Positions 17,286 to 25,940 of a stretch of DNA of 25,940 nt are shown here, in pieces (the first letter of the stretch is position 1; every line of letters starts with the position of its first letter). Below the pieces are notes generated by a model. That model was given only the letters and a program-made list of their open reading frames with translations. It was not told the origin of the DNA and did no database searches. The position numbers and the translations under genes are program-made. Origin of the DNA: Candidatus Methylomirabilis sp. GTDB taxonomy: Bacteria; Methylomirabilota; Methylomirabilia; Methylomirabilales; Methylomirabilaceae. The DNA lies in the NCBI GenBank assembly GCA_041498975.1, contig JBGQJI010000024.1, forward strand, positions 1 to 25,940, in the 5' to 3' direction.

Positions 17286-17315
17286 TTTGTAGCATACGCC
17301 TTTCGAACCTGTCAA
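17286..17315 (-). promoter_or_regulatory. Putative sigma70-type promoter upstream of nuo module 1
   Basis: Minus strand TTGACA (17315-17310), 18 nt ending in TGc, TACAAA (17291-17286); the -10 is imperfect. Confidence 0.5.
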
Positions 17316-17633
17316 GGGAAAAGCGCGTCCCAAACACATCCAGAATCGGCGAGCAGGCACCCATTCCAAGCACAACGCCACGGCTTCTCGCCGAGAAGCC
17401 GTGGCGCCATCCACGCCGTGTGCTGAGGGCTCCCCCGATCCCCCAACACCGCATCCCAAACCGATCCTGGAAGGTCTTCAGACTGCCATCACGAACGGCA
17501 ACCCCGGCCTGGCCCTTCCACGGGCAGGACGATACGTGATGTGCCAACTAGCTGATCGAACTCTCTTTTCCAGATGCTTGAGTGGCCCTGAGTCTTGCCC
17601 AAGCACGTCATCTCCCATGATGGAAGTCAGGCA

Positions 17634-19298
17634 TCATCGGCGAACACCGCATGATGCCTCGTCCTCCCATGGAATGTAGGAATCGCGGGAAGTCAGGTGA
17701 CGTGGCCGGGTAAGGTGGAAGAGAAGGAGGGCGGGAGCCCTGCCGGGCTTGGCGGATGATCCGACGTCAAACGGCTGATACCGGCGGCTGAGAAACTCCA
17801 CGATCGATTGCTCCTCTATGCCCGACGAATGGGCCTGCCTTATCCGCCTATCCCAACGGAGGACCAGCCAGAGTCGCTCCTTGCCGCGCGTGATCGTATC
17901 CAGCGAAGCGATGAGCCTGGCGCGGTCCTCCGCTTTCAGGACCGCGGGCAAGCCGTGATAATGGATAGCGTCCTTCGCGTAATATGCAAAGGGCGGGACG
18001 GACCATTCGGGGGAGACAACGACCACATCGGCGGGCTTCACCTGTTGACTCAGGGAGGCCACCAACTCCCGCCATGACTCCGCCGGAAAAGCATAATAGT
18101 ATTCCGCATTCCGTCTGGCCTCTCCACGCGAAGTAAAATAGTAGTGCTGAAGACTTGCCGTCGAGACCAGGGCAATTGCCCCGATCACCAGTCCTCTCAG
18201 AAAGATCGTCGGCACTCGCCAGACCCCACTCGCGAGCAGCAGGTACAGAGCAGGAATGCTTCCTATGGAATAACGGGGAACGAAAATCGGCGGGTTGAGA
18301 AACTGTGAGAGATAGAAGGGCACCAGGATGGGGCAGACGAGCCACAGGAGAAGGAAACTGCTTCGCTGAGCGGCGCCAAGATGTAGGCGCCACCGCTCAG
18401 ATCCCTGGCCGGCCTGGGTGGCTTCCACCGGCTGGCCTCTCTTCGGGGTCGTGAGCGGCACCGCTCCCAGGGCCGCCAGAATCACATACCCCCAAAGGAT
18501 CAGGGGGTGGATGAGAAAAGCAACATAGCTTCGGATGGCGTTGGCGAGATCGGTAACCTCGGGCCGGGTTATCCATGGGCCCCTTGCCTCTTTGGCAGCT
18601 TGGTTGATGAGTGGAATCACCCATGGGGAAAAACAGAGGATCACCCCGGCCTGCAGGCCGAGCCAGCGCATGAGCACCGGCCTTCGGGTCCCGGAAAAGA
18701 ACAGGACGTAGAGGTTCTGACCCAAGACGCTAAATAGCCAGTAGTTATGGGTGTAAGAGAGCGCCACGGTAAATACGAGGTACCCCAGCCAATCTCGCCC
18801 TCTGTTGTCCTGCAGACCTTTAAGGCAGAAGTAGAATGACCCAAGCGTCAGCACCAGATACACACTGTACGGTCTAACCTCGCGAGCGTAGTGGATGGGA
18901 AATACCATCACGGCCATGAGCAGCGCGGCAACGAGGCCCGTACGACGATCACACAGGCAGAAGCCAAGCAAGCCTGTGCAGACGATGGCCGCGACGGCAA
19001 ACAGAACCGACAGAGCGCGCAGGGCCACTTCGCTCGTTCCAAACAGAGACGTCCAGGCATGAAGGAGAAGAAAATAGAGCGGGGGGCTTGTTTCGGTGGT
19101 GTTCGTCACAATACCCAGAATGCTCCTTGAGGCGAACGAAACCGCAAAGCCCTCGTCCAGCCAGAGGCTTCTGGCATTCAAATGGTAGACGCGGAGAACG
19201 CCTCCAAGCGCAGCGATGAACAGGAGGAGCAGAAAGAAATGCCCTCTGGCACCGGGAGGAGTGTTAGCCCTCGATCGATTGAGCTGATCGCTTGTCAT
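17634..19298 (-). CDS. Membrane glycosyltransferase, GT-C fold (PMT_2/ArnT/GT39-like)
   Basis: LRVYHL...SLWLDEGF, PPLYFLLLHAW, SEVALRALS, YAREVRPYS, multiple TM segments, soluble C-terminal domain. Confidence 0.85.
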   Translation of the reverse strand: MTSDQLNRSRANTPPGARGHFFLLLLFIAALGGVLRVYHLNARSLWLDEGFAVSFASRSILGIVTNTTETSPPLYFLLLHAWTSLFGTSEVALRALSVLFAVAAIVCTGLLGFCLCDRRTGLVAALLMAVMVFPIHYAREVRPYSVYLVLTLGSFYFCLKGLQDNRGRDWLGYLVFTVALSYTHNYWLFSVLGQNLYVLFFSGTRRPVLMRWLGLQAGVILCFSPWVIPLINQAAKEARGPWITRPEVTDLANAIRSYVAFLIHPLILWGYVILAALGAVPLTTPKRGQPVEATQAGQGSERWRLHLGAAQRSSFLLLWLVCPILVPFYLSQFLNPPIFVPRYSIGSIPALYLLLASGVWRVPTIFLRGLVIGAIALVSTASLQHYYFTSRGEARRNAEYYYAFPAESWRELVASLSQQVKPADVVVVSPEWSVPPFAYYAKDAIHYHGLPAVLKAEDRARLIASLDTITRGKERLWLVLRWDRRIRQAHSSGIEEQSIVEFLSRRYQPFDVGSSAKPGRAPALLLFHLTRPRHLTSRDSYIPWEDEASCGVRR

Positions 19299-19508
19299 CT
19301 CTTCACAGCATTATGGTCTTGATCTCCCAGAGGCTCAGAGCAGGATCAGGGGCCGTTTGCGGTCCCGAAGGGCTGTGCGCTGCTCCGACATTCCGGGCGA
19401 CTTCGAGAGAACGGGCATGTGCGGGCGCCCTGATCCGGTGGCCGCATTTTTCATCAATCAGTCCACCCGCTCCTTGGCGATCTGCGCTGGACAAAGGCGA
19501 GGCTGCCC

Positions 19509-20417
19509 TTATCTCCGGATGAGAATCTTCATGACGCGAATCGCCCCTTCCCAGAAAAATCCTGCCGTCTTCGCGGCTTGCCAGACAAGCAGAAAACTCG
19601 CCAGCGATATTGTCCGCCGGATTCCCGCCTCAGAGAACGGCCGACGGAAAACAGCCCAGTAGAATCTGACGTCTGGCCTGAACCGCCTCAAGAAACGCCC
19701 AGCACGCGCCCGGTGGAAGTGGAAATCTCCGCGGCCGTAGTTGAAGTGCTGCCCGCAGAAGGTGCGGAGCGTCAATGGATGGGCGTGGTAGACGAGGGCC
19801 TCGGGAGCGTAGGTCATCCGGTAGTTATGTTGCAGCCAGCGATCGCAGAAGTCACGATCCTCTGATCTAGGGAACGTTGCGTCAAACCCACCTATGGCGC
19901 GGAATTTGTCTGCTGGCAGGGCAAAATTGCCGGAGACGAGGAAGAGCGCCCGGCCGGGGACGGAGTTGAAGTGGGCGTAGACGACATCGATGATGACCTG
20001 GGTGGCGCCTGAATACGGGTTGTCGGGGAGCGCGTTGAGGACCCGTCCGCCGATGGCATGATCCGCTGTCATCGCAAAGCGCGCGGCCAGGGTCTGCAGC
20101 CAGTCCTGGGCGGGCCTGCAGTCATCGTCGGTGAAGGCGAGGAACGTGCCTTTTGCCCTTGCTGCACCCGTGTTGCGCGCGGCGGCCGCGCCGGCATGCG
20201 TTTGCGTGATGAGCATCACATCAAGCCCATCTCGGAGCGAAGCGACCATCGCTTCCGGCGGCGTCTCGCTCCCATCGTCCACAACGATCACCTCGAAGCG
20301 GTCGCGGGGGTACTCAAGCCGAGCAAGCGCCTGCAGGCATCCATTCAACTGTGTTGGCCGGTCGTAGGTGGGGATGATGATCGAGAAGTCCACCGATTGG
20401 ACAGCCGATCCATTCAT
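19509..20417 (-). CDS. Glycosyltransferase family 2
   Basis: SIIIPTYDR, EVIVVDDGS, AAARNTG, LAFTDDDC, GGFD...EDRDFCDR; ATGA overlap with the upstream gene. Confidence 0.92.
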   Translation of the reverse strand: MNGSAVQSVDFSIIIPTYDRPTQLNGCLQALARLEYPRDRFEVIVVDDGSETPPEAMVASLRDGLDVMLITQTHAGAAAARNTGAARAKGTFLAFTDDDCRPAQDWLQTLAARFAMTADHAIGGRVLNALPDNPYSGATQVIIDVVYAHFNSVPGRALFLVSGNFALPADKFRAIGGFDATFPRSEDRDFCDRWLQHNYRMTYAPEALVYHAHPLTLRTFCGQHFNYGRGDFHFHRARAGRFLRRFRPDVRFYWAVFRRPFSEAGIRRTISLASFLLVWQAAKTAGFFWEGAIRVMKILIRR

Positions 20418-21775
20418 CGGCGAGCCATCGCCTTGTCTTGGCGCCGCGCGATATCGAGGAGGAACACCAGGACGACGACCCAGACGAGTACCAAGCCAAA
20501 CACGTACAGCATCTTCAATGGCGGTGGGAGGAGATATAAGCCTCCCGGGGCCAGCATCGCAAGCGTGATGATCGCGAGCAAGACACCGGCCATCACGTCA
20601 CCTCCATCGGTGCGCGCGCCCCGTTTGGCGACACGAAACAGGGCAACCATCGGCAGAAGCATCAGAAGATCATCGTGCCAGCGATGGTACGTCCAGAGAC
20701 GGCCCACAACAGCCGTGACGCCCAGAACGAGCCAGAGATCCCCATGGCGATAGCGATACGTCCAGAAGCCAAGAGCCACCAGCGTCAGCAACGAGGCAGG
20801 GAGGATCCATTCCTTCAGGCCGAGCGCGCGCAACCAGAGGTGCAGGTCAGCGTACCCATATTCAGCCATTCCGGAGCTGCGTGCCAGCCAGCTACGGAAT
20901 AGTGGCAACAGCCCGGCCTCCTGGAAAGAGGCCGCAAGCAGGGTGAGTACAACATACCCTAACGTGACGAGCAGGGCGGGCCGGAGCCTGCCAGGGACGA
21001 GAAGCACAATCCAGAAAAAAGGGACCGAGACACTGGGCTTCACGAGGGCAATCAGCAGCAGGGCAGCGGCTACCAGATCCTCGCGACATCCACACTGTCT
21101 CCGCTGAAGCAAGAGCAGGCCAGCCACCAGCATAGGCAGAAGATGCACCATGAGCTGTCCGTTCCCGATGGTCGCACCTGTCGCGTACATCGAGAGGGGG
21201 ATGAACGCAACGAAGGCGCGCTCCAGAGACGTATCCGCGCGACTCTCCCGGACAATCAGATAGATGAGCCACCCGAGCGCCACACCTGACGTCGCTGCCC
21301 AGAGCCGACGGGCCATCGCGAAGTTCAGCCAGCCCAAGAGTGGCCAGAGGATAACGTAGCTTCCCGGCGGGTACGTCGAGGGACGCGGCTTGGTGTATAC
21401 GGGCCTCCCGGCGAACCAAAGATGCACCTCCTCGTGGCGGAGCTTCAGATCATAGGCTCCAATCGGGGACGATCCCCAGATCGGGGCTTCTCCCCAGAGC
21501 AGTCGCCAAAACTCGTATCCCAACCAGATAGATGCAGCAAGAGCCATCAGCACGACGCCGAGACGCAGTAGCGTCCCACTGTGGCCGGCCCACCAACTCC
21601 GAAGCGTCGAAGCGGTGTCCTGTCTCATTCTCAAGCGAAAGGTTCTCTCTGAACTCCTCATGCGAACGGGCCTCAGCCTCATGTCATGGCTACAATCACT
21701 TGTCAGGTCAGCCTCTGCGGGTTGGGTGCGTTCATCAGGGAAACGGACGTTGATCCAGGTCGAAGGACGAGACAT
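20414..21775 (-). CDS. Membrane glycosyltransferase, GT87/DUF2029-like (start uncertain: 21775 or 21628)
   Basis: DL...G.PVY...TYPP, GNGQ, ALVKP and a polytopic hydrophobic profile typical of GT87-type proteins. Confidence 0.7.
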   Translation of the reverse strand: MSRPSTWINVRFPDERTQPAEADLTSDCSHDMRLRPVRMRSSERTFRLRMRQDTASTLRSWWAGHSGTLLRLGVVLMALAASIWLGYEFWRLLWGEAPIWGSSPIGAYDLKLRHEEVHLWFAGRPVYTKPRPSTYPPGSYVILWPLLGWLNFAMARRLWAATSGVALGWLIYLIVRESRADTSLERAFVAFIPLSMYATGATIGNGQLMVHLLPMLVAGLLLLQRRQCGCREDLVAAALLLIALVKPSVSVPFFWIVLLVPGRLRPALLVTLGYVVLTLLAASFQEAGLLPLFRSWLARSSGMAEYGYADLHLWLRALGLKEWILPASLLTLVALGFWTYRYRHGDLWLVLGVTAVVGRLWTYHRWHDDLLMLLPMVALFRVAKRGARTDGGDVMAGVLLAIITLAMLAPGGLYLLPPPLKMLYVFGLVLVWVVVLVFLLDIARRQDKAMARR

Positions 21776-21833
21776 CGGCGATTACCCCCCCACCTGGTTG
21801 CACGGGCTACCGGCGATGACGGACCCGCAGCGA

Positions 21834-22841
21834 TTAGCATACCTTCTCCGATACCTTCTCTGCCCCCGCTTGTCTGTCATGCTCCGCAACATGTCGCTGG
21901 CGATTCAACTCAAAGGTAAGTCTGCACTGCGCCGAATTCCCGGCGCCAAACGCGTAGCCCGCCACCTCGCCTGTCGCATGTGCGACCAGCACGAGGATCA
22001 TCGGCGGCAAGGCGCGGAGTAGCAGATACGACGGTCGCCCGGGGCCCCGAACCTCCCGCAGAATGCGCCATAGCCGCACCAGTGGGATAAGCGGCATACC
22101 CCCAATGTAGAGCAGCCGCCGAAGGATGGACCATCGCCCATACCGCGCCCGCGCCGCTCCGAAGAGACGCCCGCCATGCAGCTCCGCACGAATATAGGAA
22201 GAGAGCAGGGAAATATTCAGGTGGTGCGATTTTGCCGCAGGTTCCAGGTACAGTCGATAGCCCCTGGCCCGCAAATCACGGTGTAGGATCCCTTCGGTTT
22301 CCAGCATGGTTTGAAGCATAGAACCATACTCCAGAAGAATTGCGCGCTTGTAAGCGGCGTGGTGCCACGGTAGACTGTCGGTCTCTCCTGCCACCGCTGG
22401 TTCCATAAAAGGGGCGAAGTCTGTAAGAAGGCTGGCCCAACTGATCATACTACCGGGATTGGCATTGGCTAGCACTCCTCCGACTGCCGCCCAAGGTTGT
22501 CGATGCGCTTGGATGAGCGCCTCCGCCCACCGAGGGTCGGGATAGGAGTGCTCTTCAGCATAAGCCACCACAGGCGCGCTCGCCCGACGCAGGCCAGCCG
22601 CTATGGCTCCGCCCGTAGAGCTGATCCGATCAACCTCCACGACACGAACCTGCGGAAAGTCTTTCAGCTCCAATTCATCGATGCCGAGTTCGTCTGCCGA
22701 TGGCGCCACGATCACGACCTCCAGCCGGTCTTTGACCGTTTGTTCTCGAAGATACCGGATCGTTTTCCGAACGGTCTCGTAGTGATCCGGCGTGACCATC
22801 ACCACCGACATCTCGGGCAACATACCCTCAGGCAAGTTCAC
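21834..22841 (-). CDS. Glycosyltransferase family 2-like protein, paralog B
   Basis: MSVVMVT...LREQT...LEVVIV, GLRRASAPVVAYAEEHSYPDPRW; GTG with GGAGGAG RBS. Confidence 0.8.
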   Translation of the reverse strand: MNLPEGMLPEMSVVMVTPDHYETVRKTIRYLREQTVKDRLEVVIVAPSADELGIDELELKDFPQVRVVEVDRISSTGGAIAAGLRRASAPVVAYAEEHSYPDPRWAEALIQAHRQPWAAVGGVLANANPGSMISWASLLTDFAPFMEPAVAGETDSLPWHHAAYKRAILLEYGSMLQTMLETEGILHRDLRARGYRLYLEPAAKSHHLNISLLSSYIRAELHGGRLFGAARARYGRWSILRRLLYIGGMPLIPLVRLWRILREVRGPGRPSYLLLRALPPMILVLVAHATGEVAGYAFGAGNSAQCRLTFELNRQRHVAEHDRQAGAEKVSEKVC

Positions 22842-22874
22842 CCACTCCTCCGTGCGACGAGCAGAACAATGGCT

Positions 22875-23849
22875 TCATGGGCTGAGACCTATTTGCCTCT
22901 CTTGCTTTGTCACGTAAGCGGCCTTGTACAACTCCAAGTGGGACGCTCGCTCAACCGCCTTGCCGACGCCAAGAGCATACCCAACCATTTCACCCACCGC
23001 ACTGACGATCAACCCTGCCACCAGCGCCGGCAGGACCCATGGCAGCAGTTGACGCTGGCGGCCGGACCGGCGGATATCCCGCAGAATCCGGAGGAGACGT
23101 ACCAAAGGGATGAGCGGCGCTCCTCCGACATAGAGGCACCGCCTGAACGGTGACCAGAACCTCGCCCGAGCCCCCGCAAACCCCCGGGCGGCATAGTACC
23201 GTTCCGGTATCCAGGAGGACGGCAACGAAATATTCAGGTGAGAGATCCTCGCGCCAGGTTCCAGGTACAGCCGGTATCCCCTGGCCCGCATATCACGGTG
23301 CAGCATCCCCTCAGCTTCGAGCAGATCTTCGAGCTCATCGTCGTAGTCCAGGAGGATCGCGCGCTTGTACGAGCTGTTGTGCCCCGGCAGATCATCGATG
23401 ACCCCTCCTGCGGCCGGCTCCAGCCAGGGGCCATAGTCGAGAAGAAGATTGGACCAACTGATCATGCCACCAGGATTGGCGTTGCCGATCACCGGTCCGA
23501 CGGCGGCCCATGGCTGCCGATGCGCTTCGATCAAGGCCTCAGCCCATCCGGGATCCGGATAGGAGTGACTCTCGACGAAAGCAACCGTCGCTGCGCTGGC
23601 ATGGCGAACGCCTGGTGCCCTGGCCCTGGACAAAGATCTGATCGTGCTGACTTCGACGACGCGGACCCGGTGAAAGCCTTCGAAGTCCGCATCATGAAGA
23701 TCGAGCAGTTCTGCCGACGGTGCGACGATGACGATCTCGAGCCGGTCTCTGACGGTCTGCGCCCGAAGATGCCTCATCGTCCTGCGAATCGTCTCGTTGC
23801 GATCCGTGACTATGACTACCGAAATCTCTGGAGAACTCCGGTCGTTCAA
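22875..23849 (-). CDS. Glycosyltransferase family 2-like protein, paralog A
   Basis: ISVVIVT...LRAQT...LEIVIV, RARAPGVRHASAATVAFVESHSYPDPGW; TTG with GGGGGG upstream. Confidence 0.8.
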   Translation of the reverse strand: MNDRSSPEISVVIVTDRNETIRRTMRHLRAQTVRDRLEIVIVAPSAELLDLHDADFEGFHRVRVVEVSTIRSLSRARAPGVRHASAATVAFVESHSYPDPGWAEALIEAHRQPWAAVGPVIGNANPGGMISWSNLLLDYGPWLEPAAGGVIDDLPGHNSSYKRAILLDYDDELEDLLEAEGMLHRDMRARGYRLYLEPGARISHLNISLPSSWIPERYYAARGFAGARARFWSPFRRCLYVGGAPLIPLVRLLRILRDIRRSGRQRQLLPWVLPALVAGLIVSAVGEMVGYALGVGKAVERASHLELYKAAYVTKQERQIGLSP

Positions 23850-23879
23850 GCTCGACCCCCCGTTCCCTGGCTAGCTGCC

Positions 23880-25016
23880 TTATGTCGCCTCAGGTTGGTC
23901 ACCATCAGGCACGGCCTGGATGTCCGGGGCGACCGGTGTGATCTTTCTGGGCCCCTGTGTGACTCTTACGGGTTGCCTCAGAGAAGCTGATGCCATGGCC
24001 GCCAGAACCACCTGCAGGGCACGGTGACCATCCTCCAGCGTACATTCCACTGGCGTATCGTGAAGGATGGAATCGAGGAAATGCCGCCATTGAGCCCGGT
24101 AGGATGCGGCAAAATCCCCGCCCCGTTGCATTCTCATTGCCGCTTGCGGCAACCCTTCCACCGCACGGACCATCCCCCGAATCCGCGTCCCAACGTCGCC
24201 CGGCGAACTCGAAGCGGGAAGGAATTCCAACCCATCAAAGCGATAGCAAGAGACCGTCAAGCGACCGGCCCGTCCGTAGACTTCCATCGTATTGCTGTGG
24301 CTCGTGCCTTGTAAGAACCCAGAAGCGGCAAGGACACCATTGGCCATTCGCGCTGTAACCGTGGCAGCCTCGTCATCACTCTGCCCACACCGACTCGTGG
24401 CGAAAACCTCTTCCACTTCGCTCTGCAGCAGGAAGCGCCACAGGTCGAAGTGGTGCACAGCCTGGTCAGCCAGCACCCCGCCTCCCAGCTCACGCCGCTT
24501 TCCCCACTCGGGTCTATTCTCGATGAATCGACCTGTGCTCGTAATCACGGTGCGAACCAATTCAAGTGGTCCCAGATCCCCTCGGTGGATCATGTCCCGC
24601 GCCCGGCGCACAAGACGATGCCAGCGCAGATTGAAACCGACCATCACCTTCCTCGAAGAGCATCTGGCTCGCTCAAGCAGTCGGTCGCTTTCATCCAGGG
24701 ACAGCGCCAGGGGTTTTTCAATAAGCAGATGCTTCCCGGCGTCCAAAGCCGCCAACGCCACCTCCACATGAAGCTCCGGTGGCACGCAGACTGCGACCGC
24801 TTCGATCTGGCGGTCATCGAGGAGTGCACGGTAGTCGGAACAGCGATGATCGATGCGGAACCGGTTCGCTACCCGCTGGAGATGATCTGGAACGACGTCC
24901 GCCACGGCGACGACTTGAGCATCCCGTAGCTGCTCAAGCGCCGGCAGGTGCCGGCTTTCCGTTACACGTCCACACCCGATTACGCCTAGCTTCACCGATC
25001 TATGCTCACTTGCCAA
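23880..25016 (-). CDS. Gfo/Idh/MocA family NAD(P)-dependent oxidoreductase
   Basis: LGVIGCG Rossmann motif, AGKHLLIEKPLA, MVGFNLR, GGGVLADQAVHHFD. Confidence 0.93.
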   Translation of the reverse strand: MASEHRSVKLGVIGCGRVTESRHLPALEQLRDAQVVAVADVVPDHLQRVANRFRIDHRCSDYRALLDDRQIEAVAVCVPPELHVEVALAALDAGKHLLIEKPLALSLDESDRLLERARCSSRKVMVGFNLRWHRLVRRARDMIHRGDLGPLELVRTVITSTGRFIENRPEWGKRRELGGGVLADQAVHHFDLWRFLLQSEVEEVFATSRCGQSDDEAATVTARMANGVLAASGFLQGTSHSNTMEVYGRAGRLTVSCYRFDGLEFLPASSSPGDVGTRIRGMVRAVEGLPQAAMRMQRGGDFAASYRAQWRHFLDSILHDTPVECTLEDGHRALQVVLAAMASASLRQPVRVTQGPRKITPVAPDIQAVPDGDQPEAT

Positions 25017-25050
25017 GGCGGAACCTCATTTCCACACATATCCCGCTAAG

Positions 25051-25938
25051 TCAGTGGGCTTTAGTCGCTTCGATCTCGCGAATCAGCCCAAGGTAGCGCC
25101 GAAGGTGGGCTTCGGCTGTCCAATTCCGATGGTAGCTCTGATACCCACAGAGGCCAAGCTCGCGTCGGTACGACGGATCCGCCAGCAATTGGTCCATCGC
25201 TGACACCAGCTCCTGGTCTGTCTCATAGACGAACCCGCCACCGCTCTCTGCAATGATCTCCGGCATCGCCCCCAGATCCCTCACAATGGCGGGTGTTTGC
25301 TGCCCGAAGGCCTCGATAATGACTTGAGCGAAGATCTCGAAAAATATGGATGGAACAATCAGAGCTACTGCCTGTCGGTACAGGGCCTGCAGTGGCCGCG
25401 CGGACAGGTACCCCAGGAAATGGATGTTAACACTTCCCTCGGCCAACTTCCGCAACTGGGGCTCGTAGCTCCCCCTGCCGGCGATCAGCAACTGCGCCTT
25501 GTGGTACTGGCGGAAGACGGGGATCAACGTCTGCAAACCCTTGAGCTTCTCCAGGCGCCCCACGAACAGGAAGTATGGCTCCCCCGTTGCGTCGCCTTCT
25601 GGCTGCTCCACAGTGGGCGACGCGACCTCGGCTGAGGGGATGAAATGCGGCAGATGTACGATCCGGACGTTGAGCCCCATCTGTTGATGCCTGTCTTCGG
25701 TAAAACGGCTTGGCGCAAGAAAGGCGTCGACCTGCGTGACCGCGGTCCCCAGCAGGCCGAGATACCGCCACCACTGCGGCGGGCGCTTGTAGGCCAGGCT
25801 GCAGAGGAAGCAGTGGGGCCGCACGCAGGCCGCGCGGTTGAACCTGAACAGGACATGGGTGGGGCAGACCAGCCAGTACTCGTGCATCGTGTAGAGCTTG
25901 ATGCCGGTGCCGTACTCCAGGATCTTGGGGCCCCCGAC
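25051..25938 (-). CDS. Glycosyltransferase family 4 (GT-B), 5' end outside window
   Basis: Frame open to the window edge (VGGPKILEYGTGIKLYTMHEYWLVCP); FVGRLEKLKG, PSIFFEIFAQVIIEA (EX7E), GAMPEII. Confidence 0.92.
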   Translation of the reverse strand, partial: VGGPKILEYGTGIKLYTMHEYWLVCPTHVLFRFNRAACVRPHCFLCSLAYKRPPQWWRYLGLLGTAVTQVDAFLAPSRFTEDRHQQMGLNVRIVHLPHFIPSAEVASPTVEQPEGDATGEPYFLFVGRLEKLKGLQTLIPVFRQYHKAQLLIAGRGSYEPQLRKLAEGSVNIHFLGYLSARPLQALYRQAVALIVPSIFFEIFAQVIIEAFGQQTPAIVRDLGAMPEIIAESGGGFVYETDQELVSAMDQLLADPSYRRELGLCGYQSYHRNWTAEAHLRRYLGLIREIEATKAH

Positions 25939-25940
25939 CA

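Noticed and set aside
17100..17679. Small ORFs in the spacer upstream of nuoA1 (119, 147, 92 aa) and in 19292-19522
   Set aside because: No RBS or family motifs, mutually overlapping, and they cross the promoter/terminator signals.

Overview
High-GC bacterial window in which every credible gene is on the minus strand. In transcription order (right to left): (i) a 7-gene cell-envelope glycosylation cluster (GT4 partial, Gfo/Idh/MocA oxidoreductase, two tandem paralogous GT2s, a GT87/DUF2029-like membrane GT, a GT2, a PMT/ArnT-like GT-C; ~17.6-25.9 kb); (ii) a sigma70-like promoter followed by a structured leader containing a terminator-like hairpin; (iii) complex I module 1, nuoA-C-D-H-J-K-L-M-N, with no nuoB, E, F, G or I; (iv) a near-consensus internal sigma70 promoter followed by only the Fo genes atpZ/I-atpB-atpE; (v) complex I module 2, nuoA-C-D-E-F-H-J-K-L..., with no nuoB, G or I, running off the left edge. 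Most interesting points: both modules lack the Fe-S subunits NuoB/NuoI (and NuoG) at seamless junctions; NuoL of module 1 carries a 26-aa duplication in its lateral amphipathic helix (the mark of '2M' extra-pump complex I) although the module has only one nuoM; the c subunit has a signal peptide and an Ala/Ser-substituted glycine stripe; six nuo spacers are filled by 7-mer tandem arrays, five as inverted hairpins; a 128-bp MITE-like palindrome sits between nuoD2 and nuoE. An NC10/Methylomirabilota-like origin is my impression only and is not shown by the sequence.
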